A stretch of DNA of 64,000 nucleotides from assembly GCA_934754335.1 (NCBI GenBank), contig CAKVHY010000001.1, positions 2,484 to 66,483 on the forward strand, in the 5' to 3' direction. The notes below the pieces were generated by a model. It saw nothing but the letters and a program-made list of their open reading frames with translations, did not search any database and was not told the origin of the DNA. The DNA is from an uncultured Clostridia bacterium. GTDB lineage: Bacteria; Bacillota; Clostridia; Christensenellales; UBA1242. Position numbers and translations under genes: made by a program. Shown piece by piece: positions 9,210-16,233 of the stretch; the stretch's first letter is position 1, and every line of letters starts with the position of its first letter.

Positions 9210-9237
9210 AATTTTCTCCATCTATGTATGATTAAGA

Positions 9238-9267
9238 GATTATACAACTATTCACATTTATTTGTCA
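9238..9267 (-). promoter_or_regulatory. putative sigma-A promoter of aspS
   Basis: Minus strand: TTGACA (rc 9262-9267), 18-nt spacer, TGtTATAAT extended -10 (TATAAT is rc of 9238-9243). The leader to the SD is short, leaving no room for a T-box. Confidence 0.5.
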
Positions 9268-9293
9268 AGAAAAAGATAATTAAAAGCCTTAAA

Positions 9294-9326
9294 CGCAAAA
9301 AAAGTTGGACATAATCCAACTTTTTT
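9294..9326 (-). terminator. rplL terminator
   Basis: Minus strand: AGTTGGA-TTATG-TCCAACT followed by TTTTTTT. Confidence 0.7.
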
Positions 9327-9361
9327 CCAACTAAATAATATAAAGATTTTATTTAATGAAA

Positions 9362-9736
9362 CTATTTAAGTTCAACAGTTGCGCCTGCTTCTTTTAATTT
9401 TGCTTCGATTGCTTTTGCTTCTTCTGCAGGAACGTTTTCTTTAATAACTTTTGGAGCACCATCAACTAATGCTTTTGCTTCACCAAGACCTAAGCCAGTG
9501 ATTTCTTTAACAACTTTGATAACTGCAATTTTGTTTGCTCCTGCTTCCTTCAATTCGATATTGAATTCGCTCTTTTCTTCTGCAGCCGCAGCAGCACCTG
9601 CACCAGCGTTTCCAGCAACTGCAACTTGAGCAGCAGCACTAACGCCAAATTTTTCTTCTAACATTTTTACTAAATCATTTAATTCTAATACTGTTAATTT
9701 TTCGATTTCTTCTACAAATTTATTTAAATCTGCCAT
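9362..9736 (-). CDS. rplL: 50S ribosomal protein L7/L12
   Basis: [32 protein letters not shown]..., an Ala-rich hinge and a C-terminal [16 protein letters not shown] lies 8 nt upstream of the ATG at 9736; the ORF-track TTG at 9769 lies inside the upstream hairpin repeat. Confidence 0.95.
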   Translation of the reverse strand: MADLNKFVEEIEKLTVLELNDLVKMLEEKFGVSAAAQVAVAGNAGAGAAAAAEEKSEFNIELKEAGANKIAVIKVVKEITGLGLGEAKALVDGAPKVIKENVPAEEAKAIEAKLKEAGATVELK

Positions 9737-9752
9737 TTTTATTTCTCCTTTA

Positions 9753-10101
9753 TTTTCGAGTCTGTGCAAAGTTAGGTTTTATTTATATACTAACGCCTGC
9801 ACAATAACCGCTCTTTATTTATCTTCTTTTTTTTCGAGTTTGTGCTAGGTATAGTTCTTTTTGAACTAACGCTTGCACAATAACTTTTTTTCTAGTTTGT
9901 GCTAAGTGTTGACTTATTTACCTGCCAACGCTTGCCCAATAACTACCGTTTATTTATTTTTTTCTCGAGTTTGTGCATCGTTTAATTATTTGTACTAACT
10001 AACATCCGCCCAACAACTCTTTTTTGTGCAAAATATAAATTATATTCTAGCACAATCTAAAACCAATATTTTTTGGTTTTTGCAAACATAAAATTGTTTG
10101 C
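9753..10101 (-). repeat. tandem hairpin-unit array filling the rplJ-rplL spacer
   Basis: Four contiguous degenerate units (plus-strand coordinates 9753-9808, 9826-9884, 9885-9943, 9944-10017). On the minus strand each reads GTTATTGTGCA(A/G)GCGTTAG, a variable loop, then TAGCACAAACTCGA(A)n. Three more hairpins follow at 10024-10055, 10059-10080 and 10081-10101. Confidence 0.8.
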
Positions 10102-10114
10102 TTAAATTCTTCAA

Positions 10115-10606
10115 TTAGTTTGCTTTTGTTTTTGCAATTTCATTTAATGCTCTAGCAAATGCAGAAACAGGGGCTTGAAGCATACCCATAAGCATTGCAA
10201 CAAGTACTGGTTTTGAAGGAACTTTTGCAAGTGCTTCCATTTGAGATGCGTTCATGATTTCGCCATTCACAACACCAAATTTAACTGCCATTTTATTGAA
10301 CTTATCTTTTGCTTCGCAGAAAATTCTTGCTGGTGCTGTTTCGTCGTTTGAGAATGCAACTGCTGTTGTACCCTCGAAGCATTTAGGATCATAACCTGTG
10401 ATACCAAGTTCGTCTAAAGCCCTAGTAAGCAATCTGTTTTTGAATACTTTATAAGTAACGTTTTCATTTCTGAAATTCTTTCTTAAAGCAGTATCTTCAG
10501 CAACAGTGATGCCACGATAATCAACGAAAAGCATGCTCTTTGCATCTTTTAATTGCTCTTTTAGTTCGCCAACTAATTGTTTTTTAGCCTCTAAATTTTC
10601 GCTCAT
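10115..10606 (-). CDS. rplJ: 50S ribosomal protein L10
   Basis: 163 aa with typical L10 sequence (VDYRGITVAEDTALRKNFRNENVTYKVFKNRL). AAAGGAG RBS. Gene order rplJ-rplL. Confidence 0.95.
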   Translation of the reverse strand: MSENLEAKKQLVGELKEQLKDAKSMLFVDYRGITVAEDTALRKNFRNENVTYKVFKNRLLTRALDELGITGYDPKCFEGTTAVAFSNDETAPARIFCEAKDKFNKMAVKFGVVNGEIMNASQMEALAKVPSKPVLVAMLMGMLQAPVSAFARALNEIAKTKAN

Positions 10607-10610
10607 TATA

Positions 10611-10778
10611 TCTCCTTTATTTAGTTATTATTAAAATAAAAATTCCTTAACGCCGAAATAAGCATTAAGGGATTAAATCTCTATAATAACTTACCTCGGC
10701 AAGACGGGAAACACCCTAATTAAACTGGCTTTAAACCAGTTCTTGCGGTCTTAGGCAAAAGGAATATTTAAATTAACA
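10611..10778 (-). promoter_or_regulatory. structured rplJ (L10) leader with terminator-like attenuator
   Basis: Minus-strand RNA has a CCUAA...UUAGG stem enclosing an ACUGG-UUUAAAG-CCAGU hairpin. A 9-bp stem CCUUAAUGC/GCGUUAAGG (10645-10653 / 10662-10670) follows, then AAUUUUUAUUUU just upstream of the SD. This position and architecture match the L10(L12)4-responsive leader described for Bacillus. Confidence 0.55.
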
Positions 10779-10783
10779 CGCAT

Positions 10784-10812
10784 ATTCTACTATTTTTTTC
10801 TAACTTTGTCAA
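10784..10812 (-). promoter_or_regulatory. sigma-A promoter of rplJL
   Basis: Minus strand: TTGACA (rc 10807-10812), exactly 17 nt, TAGAAT (rc 10784-10789). Confidence 0.65.
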
Positions 10813-10918
10813 GACTTAATCTTAAAATTATCGGAACAATTTAGAAAAAGTTTTTAATTCTTTTTAAAATAGTTTACGCCATCAAATGTTAAAAATTTCA
10901 AAAACTTTAGGTTTTTAT

Positions 10919-11386
10919 TTACATTTCCATTTCATCTTCGTCTTTATCTTTTTTCTTTTCGTCTAGATAATCCTTAACTGCCACATATGTGCCAAAACCT
11001 AGAACAGCACTTGAAGCAAAGCCAAGCCCAGAAGAAACTTTATTCATCTTTGAAAAGAACTTATTAGTTTTATATTCACCATACTTATTTGAGTTCTTAA
11101 AATAATCCATAGTACTCAAGCCTTTAATTCCATCTTCTTCCAACTTATCTTCCACATCTTTTGGCTCTAAACTTTCAAAAGCATATAAAGGTTCTTTAAT
11201 TTTTTCTTGCACCCAATCAACATACGCAGTTTTATTTTTTTCAATGTAATCGGCTTTAACTTGTTCTGCGATTGAATTATATCTTTCAGCATTTGCAGTG
11301 GCTGAACCACTAATCAGAAGAAAGAACGCAGTTAGAGTACCAATAGTTACCATATTTTTTCTAGACCCTTCCCAATTATCTTTCAT
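10919..11386 (-). CDS. small hypothetical secreted/membrane protein inserted between rplA and rplJ
   Basis: 155 aa with a signal peptide (MVTIGTLTAFFLLISGSATANA), a C-terminal hydrophobic helix (GLGFASSAVLGFGTYVAV) and an acidic/Lys-rich tail. It has its own TTGACA-16-TATAAT promoter (around 11405-11440, minus strand) and a GGGGAAG RBS. Confidence 0.6.
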   Translation of the reverse strand: MKDNWEGSRKNMVTIGTLTAFFLLISGSATANAERYNSIAEQVKADYIEKNKTAYVDWVQEKIKEPLYAFESLEPKDVEDKLEEDGIKGLSTMDYFKNSNKYGEYKTNKFFSKMNKVSSGLGFASSAVLGFGTYVAVKDYLDEKKKDKDEDEMEM

Positions 11387-11480
11387 ATGCTTCTTCCCCT
11401 AAATTTGATTATATTATTATATATTAAGTTTATAATTTGTCAAGAGTAAAATTGGAGAAAATATTTATATAAATTTTAAC

Positions 11481-11510
11481 AAAAAAAAAAACACCAAATA
11501 AATGGTGCTT
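11481..11510 (-). terminator. probable rplA terminator
   Basis: Short stem GCACCA/UGGUGU followed by an 11-U run on the minus strand. Confidence 0.5.
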
Positions 11511-11515
11511 TTTTA

Positions 11516-12199
11516 CTAACCTCTATAATCAATCTTGATTCCAGGGCCCATTGTTGATGACAATGTAACGCTCTTAATATATGTTCCTTTTGCTGCTGCT
11601 GGTTTTGCTCTTACGATTGCTTCCATTAATGTATTTAAGTTTTCTTCAATCTTTTCAGCGCCAAATGAAACTTTACCAATTCTTACGTGAACAATATTAT
11701 TTTTATCTAGTCTGTATTCAACTTTACCAGCCTTAATATCATTTAAAGCCTTCTTAATATCAGTTGTAACAGTACCGCTCTTTGGGCTTGGCATTAAACC
11801 TTTTGGTCCTAAAATTTTAGCAACTCTACCAAGTTGAGCCATCATATCTGGAGTTGTTACGCAAGCATCGAAATCTGTCCAACCGCCTTGGATTTTAGCA
11901 ATCATATCTTCTGCGCCAACGAAATCTGCACCATTTGCTGTTGCAACATCTGCGTTTTCGCCTTTAGCGATTACTAAAACTCTAACAGTTTTACCAGTTC
12001 CGTTTGGAAGAACTACAACACCTCTAACTTGTTGATCAGCATTTCTACCATCAACGCCAAGTCTTACGTGAAGTTCCATTGTTTCATCAAACTTTGCGTT
12101 TGCTGTTTTAAGGGCAAGTTCAATACCCTCTTTTGTTTCGTAAAGTTTTGTTCTATCAACAAGTTCTGCACTTGCTGAATATCTTTTACCTTTCTTCAT
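11516..12199 (-). CDS. rplA: 50S ribosomal protein L1
   Basis: 227 aa with typical L1 sequence ([25 protein letters not shown]...). Confidence 0.95.
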   Translation of the reverse strand: MKKGKRYSASAELVDRTKLYETKEGIELALKTANAKFDETMELHVRLGVDGRNADQQVRGVVVLPNGTGKTVRVLVIAKGENADVATANGADFVGAEDMIAKIQGGWTDFDACVTTPDMMAQLGRVAKILGPKGLMPSPKSGTVTTDIKKALNDIKAGKVEYRLDKNNIVHVRIGKVSFGAEKIEENLNTLMEAIVRAKPAAAKGTYIKSVTLSSTMGPGIKIDYRG

Positions 12200-12248
12200 A
12201 ATTTTCTTTTCCTTTTGTGGTATTTTCGAATAAAATTAAATAGATTTT

Positions 12249-12686
12249 TTATTCTCCCACTTCTTCTACGGTCACGCCCATACTTCTGCAAGTACCTTCA
12301 ATCATGCTCATTGCACTTTCAAGATTTGCAGCATTTAAGTCAGGCATTTTAATTTCAGCGATTTCTTTAACTTGTGCTTTTGTAATTTTAGCAACCTTAT
12401 TCTTAATTGAGTTTGCAGAACCACTTTCGATTTTGCATGCTTTCTTAATTAATACTGCTGCTGGTGGAGTTTTTAGCACAAATGTGAAAGATCTATCCTG
12501 ATATATTGTAATAACAACTGGAATAATCATTCCTTCTTGTCCAGAAGTTTTTTCATTAAATTCTTTTGTGAATGCTGGAATATTAATTCCATGAGGACCT
12601 AATGAAGAACCTACTGGAGGACCTGCTGTTGCCTTACCTGCTGGTAGTTGTAATTTAACAACTGCGTTTATCTTTTTCTCTGCCAT
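12249..12686 (-). CDS. rplK: 50S ribosomal protein L11
   Basis: [35 protein letters not shown] is typical of L11. AGGAGG RBS. Confidence 0.95.
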   Translation of the reverse strand: MAEKKINAVVKLQLPAGKATAGPPVGSSLGPHGINIPAFTKEFNEKTSGQEGMIIPVVITIYQDRSFTFVLKTPPAAVLIKKACKIESGSANSIKNKVAKITKAQVKEIAEIKMPDLNAANLESAMSMIEGTCRSMGVTVEEVGE

Positions 12687-12719
12687 ATTTTTCCTCCTGC
12701 CTTTAAATTAAGGCATTTT

Positions 12720-12761
12720 GTGGTGTAAACAAAATGCATATAAGATTTACATTTCTCCCAC
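12720..12761 (-). promoter_or_regulatory. candidate L1-binding stem-loop in the rplK leader
   Basis: Minus-strand RNA GUGG-GAGAAA-UGUAAA...UUUACA-CCAC is a helix with an asymmetric GGGAG-type internal loop about 35 nt upstream of the rplK SD. It resembles the L1 stalk mimic only by eye. Confidence 0.3.
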
Positions 12762-12881
12762 GATTAGCAAATTGCTATATATTGAACTAGTTAAAAACTA
12801 GGCTCAATCAACTAATTTTTGTTTACAAACAATTGCAAACACCATATCTTAGCAAATTTTTAAACAAATTACAATAGATTT

Positions 12882-13565
12882 TTAATTTATTTTTTTAATT
12901 TGCTCCAAAGTTAGGTCAACTGGCGTTTCTCTACCAAACATTTCAACCATAACTCTGCATTTATTGGCTTCTGTGTCAATTCCAACGATTTCACCAACAA
13001 AGCCAAACAAAGCCCCTTCCAACACTTCAACTTTATCGCCAACCGATAAATCCGTATTGATAACAGCCACTTTTTCAAGTCTTAATTTCTTTATTTCATC
13101 TGGTCCTAATGGCAATGGTCTACCTTTTGGACCAACGAAACCTGTAATTCCTCTAGTTCTTGTAACTGCATGCCAAATATCATCACCATAAATCATCTTA
13201 ACGATAATATAACCTGGCATTAATTTTCTTTGAACAATTTTTCTTTTACCATTTTTTTCCTCAACGCAATCTTCCATTGGGATTAAAATATCGAAAATTC
13301 TTTCATGCAAATTATATTTATCTGTAACGATTTGCAAATTTTCCTTTGCAACATTTTCATAGCCAGAGAATGTGTGCAAAACATACCATTTCGCTTCTTC
13401 TCTTAAAGCCTTTAAATGTTCATCTTCAGGTGCAACTTCAACATTCTCTGCACTTTCAGTAGTTTCAGAAACCATTTCGTTTTGACTTTCTTCTTTTGTT
13501 TCATTCTCAGCCAAAACTTCTTCGGAATTTACGATTTCTTCTATATTCTTATTTTCATCAATCAT
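12882..13565 (-). CDS. nusG: transcription termination/antitermination factor NusG with acidic N-terminal extension
   Basis: NGN domain (WYVLHTFSGYENVAKENL) and a KOW domain (VGDKVEVLEGALFGFVGEIVGID). The first ~55 aa are an E-rich extension. Confidence 0.9.
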   Translation of the reverse strand: MIDENKNIEEIVNSEEVLAENETKEESQNEMVSETTESAENVEVAPEDEHLKALREEAKWYVLHTFSGYENVAKENLQIVTDKYNLHERIFDILIPMEDCVEEKNGKRKIVQRKLMPGYIIVKMIYGDDIWHAVTRTRGITGFVGPKGRPLPLGPDEIKKLRLEKVAVINTDLSVGDKVEVLEGALFGFVGEIVGIDTEANKCRVMVEMFGRETPVDLTLEQIKKIN

Positions 13566-13585
13566 ATTTCTTCTCCGTTTTAATT

Positions 13586-13996
13586 TTAGCCGATAATTTG
13601 GTCATAAATGCCATACTTTAACGCCATATCCAAGCCAAACAAAATAAGAGTACAAATCAAAACAACTAAGATAACAACACCAGTTGTTTTAACAACTTTA
13701 GAGAACTTTGGCCAAGAAACTTTTTTAAGTTCGCTATTAACTTCTTTGATTTTTGAGCCCAAAGATTTCTTAGGTTGTTTTGCTTTCTTATCTTTTTTCT
13801 TATCTTTTCCTTTAGAAGCCTTTTTATTTACGTTCTTTTCTTCTACATTTTCATTTGCAACTTCTTCTGCTGGAACATCAGGTGTTTCCACTTCAACATC
13901 TTCTGCCACTTCAACTTTAGTTTCAACTTCACTTGCCTTATTTATTTGTTGATTTTTTGGCTTTGTGTTTTTGTTTTTCTTTTTATTTTTAGCCAT
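13586..13996 (-). CDS. secE: preprotein translocase subunit SecE with long Lys/Glu-rich N-terminal extension
   Basis: The C-terminal ~55 aa (KIKEVNSELKKVSWPKFSKVVKTTGVVILVVLICTLILFGLDMAL) form a typical SecE. GGAG lies 8 nt before the ATG at 13996 (MAKNKKK...). Synteny rpmG-secE-nusG. Confidence 0.8.
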   Translation of the reverse strand: MAKNKKKNKNTKPKNQQINKASEVETKVEVAEDVEVETPDVPAEEVANENVEEKNVNKKASKGKDKKKDKKAKQPKKSLGSKIKEVNSELKKVSWPKFSKVVKTTGVVILVVLICTLILFGLDMALKYGIYDQIIG

Positions 13997-14039
13997 TATA
14001 AAAAACTCCTTAAAATTTATTAGCAATCAATAATCAAAA

Positions 14040-14189
14040 CTATTTAGTTTCTTTATGCATAGTGTGCTTTTTGCAAGCAGGACAGAATTTTTTGAATTCA
14101 ACTCTTTCTGGATTATTTTTCTTATTCTTTTCACTTGCATAATTTCTATTTTTACATTCAGTGCATTCCAAAATAATATTTTCTCTCAT
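14040..14189 (-). CDS. rpmG: 50S ribosomal protein L33 (4-Cys zinc-ribbon form)
   Basis: Not in the ORF track (49 aa). My translation is [61 protein letters not shown]. Canonical position upstream of secE. Confidence 0.9.
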   Translation of the reverse strand: MRENIILECTECKNRNYASEKNKKNNPERVEFKKFCPACKKHTMHKETK

Positions 14190-14408
14190 ATCTTTCTCCT
14201 AAAACTTTACTATTTAAAACCGCAAGCCTTATTCCAAACGCTCCAAATCGTTTTTCATAAAAAAAAGAGCCAAAACTCTTAAAAAATGTTAGTTTTAAAT
14301 TCTGACTCAATTATATCATAACAATTTTTAATTGTAAACCCTTTTTAGTGATTTTTTTTAATCTTTATAAAACTATTTAAATTGGCCTTCTTTTTTTGTC
14401 AAAATTTC

Positions 14409-14903
14409 TTATTTTTTTATGGTTTTCTTTTTATAAACTTTCTTCAAAGCCCCATCTGCATCTAAATATTCAGGTTTTATAAATACTTTTTCCTTCCAAA
14501 TAAAGATATCGAATTCTCTTAAATCTTTTAAATCCAAAGCCTGATTTTTTGAGAAGTTTGATTGAGTCCAACCATACTTCTTCTTATTATCTTTGTCTAT
14601 ATAACTTACTCTTACTTTATAGCCTTTATATAATAAGTTTCTAAACTCTTCCATATCTTCAAATTTTGCTTTTACAAAATCTGCATTCCTAATCGCTTTT
14701 TTCTCATCTGAAAAATAAACAATCTCCCAAATTAGACAAAAAAGTGGCAAAACAACAAGTAATGGAATTATATATAAAATAAATCCAAACGCACTTTTTG
14801 CAATTCCAACTTTTCCAAACGCTTCAAAACCAATTAATATTCCTTCCATAGCAATTATAAATGCTATAAAAATACTATAATATGCAATCCTTAATTTTCT
14901 CAT
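14409..14903 (-). CDS. hypothetical membrane protein (2 N-terminal TM helices plus a soluble domain)
   Basis: 164 aa. It shares its architecture and an EKKA(I/L)(R/K) junction motif with the adjacent 156-aa ORF. Confidence 0.6.
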   Translation of the reverse strand: MRKLRIAYYSIFIAFIIAMEGILIGFEAFGKVGIAKSAFGFILYIIPLLVVLPLFCLIWEIVYFSDEKKAIRNADFVKAKFEDMEEFRNLLYKGYKVRVSYIDKDNKKKYGWTQSNFSKNQALDLKDLREFDIFIWKEKVFIKPEYLDADGALKKVYKKKTIKK

Positions 14904-14912
14904 CTCTCCCCC

Positions 14913-15383
14913 TTACATAGCAATTTTTTCATAAATTAAAATCGCCATATTTTCATCTAATTTATAAACCACAAAACTACCCGCGTTTTCAATATTATTT
15001 GCCTGTTCGGCATTAAAAATCGCCCCAGTTTCTAATATTTTAACATCGCCATTTGCATTTTCAAAACTATACTGCACTTTATATTTTGCTCTAACAAACT
15101 CTGTATCCAAACTTCTATTAAATCTATACACCACTCTTTTATTTAGAAAAAGCCCTTGCACTTTGTCGTCCTTCTTTAACGCCTTCTTTTCCAACAAGTA
15201 ATCACTATAAGCGTTTATAAAAACTATAATCTCCATAATCACCACAAGCGTTAGGATTATCATACACGCCACAAAAAAAGGATTTTTAAGTTTGAATATT
15301 AGCATACTACAAACGCCCAAAACAAATAACAATCCTGTTATGATTAACCAAAGCAATCGTTCTATAAAAATTCTTCTTCTCAT
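14913..15383 (-). CDS. hypothetical membrane protein, paralog of 14409-14903
   Basis: 156 aa with two TM helices followed by a beta-rich domain. The 9-nt gap to its neighbour suggests an operon. Confidence 0.6.
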   Translation of the reverse strand: MRRRIFIERLLWLIITGLLFVLGVCSMLIFKLKNPFFVACMIILTLVVIMEIIVFINAYSDYLLEKKALKKDDKVQGLFLNKRVVYRFNRSLDTEFVRAKYKVQYSFENANGDVKILETGAIFNAEQANNIENAGSFVVYKLDENMAILIYEKIAM

Positions 15384-15529
15384 TCTATCTCCTTATAATA
15401 TTTTAACACAATCTTCAGAATATAAAAAATAAATATTGGGAAATATTTAAAGTTGACTTATCTAATTTTTGTTTGGCAAAATAAAAATTTAAGTTATAAT
15501 ATACGTAAGTTTTTAATTAGGAGTTTTTT

Positions 15530-16105
15530 ATGATTATAACAATTTCAGGCAAAGCCGCATCTGGCAAAACTACGCTTGCATTAACTATAAAAGATAATTT
15601 TTCTAATGTTGAGGTTATTAGCCTAGACGAAGTGAACAGCGAATTAATGTATAATGATTTAAGTGTTAAGGAATTTGCTTTAAAACTGTTCGGCGAAGAG
15701 GTTTTTGAGCAGGACGATATCTTAAAAGCCAAAGTTTCAAAAAAGATATATAACGATGAAAATCTTTACAACGCATGGTGCTCATTTATGAAAACCAAAT
15801 GCGAGAAAGTGGTTTTAGAAAAAATTGAGAAGAATCCAAATAAGATATATATTATTGAACATATTCTTGCTAACGAAACTAAGTTTGCCAACCTTTCCGA
15901 TTATAGAATACTTGTTATTGCAGACGAACAAGAACGTATTTTTAGAGTTATAAATAGAGATGATATAACAATTGAACAACTACAACAACGTGAAAAATTT
16001 TTAAAGGTTTATAACTTAAACGAATTTAACCTTGTTTATGACGGGAAAGACCCTAGCGTGGTAATTGAAACGCTTAAAACAGTTATTCCAAATAACCACA
16101 ATTAA
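15530..16105 (+). CDS. P-loop nucleotide kinase, dephospho-CoA kinase (CoaE)-like
   Basis: Walker A ISGKAASGKTT at the N-terminus, an xSLDEV block, and LVIADEQERIFRVINRDDITIEQLQQRE resembling the CoaE lid/C-terminal region. 191 aa with an AGGAG RBS. Confidence 0.55.
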   Translation: MIITISGKAASGKTTLALTIKDNFSNVEVISLDEVNSELMYNDLSVKEFALKLFGEEVFEQDDILKAKVSKKIYNDENLYNAWCSFMKTKCEKVVLEKIEKNPNKIYIIEHILANETKFANLSDYRILVIADEQERIFRVINRDDITIEQLQQREKFLKVYNLNEFNLVYDGKDPSVVIETLKTVIPNNHN

Positions 16106-16124
16106 CTAAAAAATGTGGATAATT

Positions 16125-16151
16125 AGCCATTTTATATAAAATGGCTTTTTA
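16125..16151 (+). terminator. terminator of the kinase gene
   Basis: AGCCATTTTA/TAAAATGGCT stem followed by TTTTT. A single consensus DnaA box, TGTGGATAA, sits just upstream at 16114-16122. Confidence 0.6.
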
Positions 16152-16194
16152 AGTAATATGGCTTACTTTTCAAATTTCTTACAATTAAACGATA

Positions 16195-16229
16195 TAAAAA
16201 ATAAAAGCATAAGAAAACCTTATGCTTTT
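16195..16229 (-). terminator. terminator of the giant gene
   Basis: AAAAGCATAAG-loop-CTTATGCTTTT (16203-16229) begins 5 nt after the stop and is followed on the minus strand by a T-run. Confidence 0.7.
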
Positions 16230-16233
16230 ATTT

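Noticed and set aside
9210-9361. T-box or other riboswitch upstream of aspS (and likewise upstream of metG at 45441-45554)
   Set aside because: The leaders are only ~20-100 nt and AT-rich, with no specifier or antiterminator architecture. That is far too short for a T-box.
9753-10101. Repeat array that could superficially be taken for a small CRISPR array
   Set aside because: The units are degenerate and unequal in length (56-74 nt), each is itself a hairpin, and there is no repeat/spacer alternation. The array lies inside the rplJL transcription unit and no cas genes are present.
15517-15732. 71-aa minus-strand ORF overlapping the P-loop kinase gene. Similar antisense ORFs occur in metG, tatD, rsmA, the rsmF-like gene, dinB, cwlD, the VanW gene, secE, nusG and rplK.
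   Set aside because: All are antisense shadows of confidently identified genes, with no independent signals.
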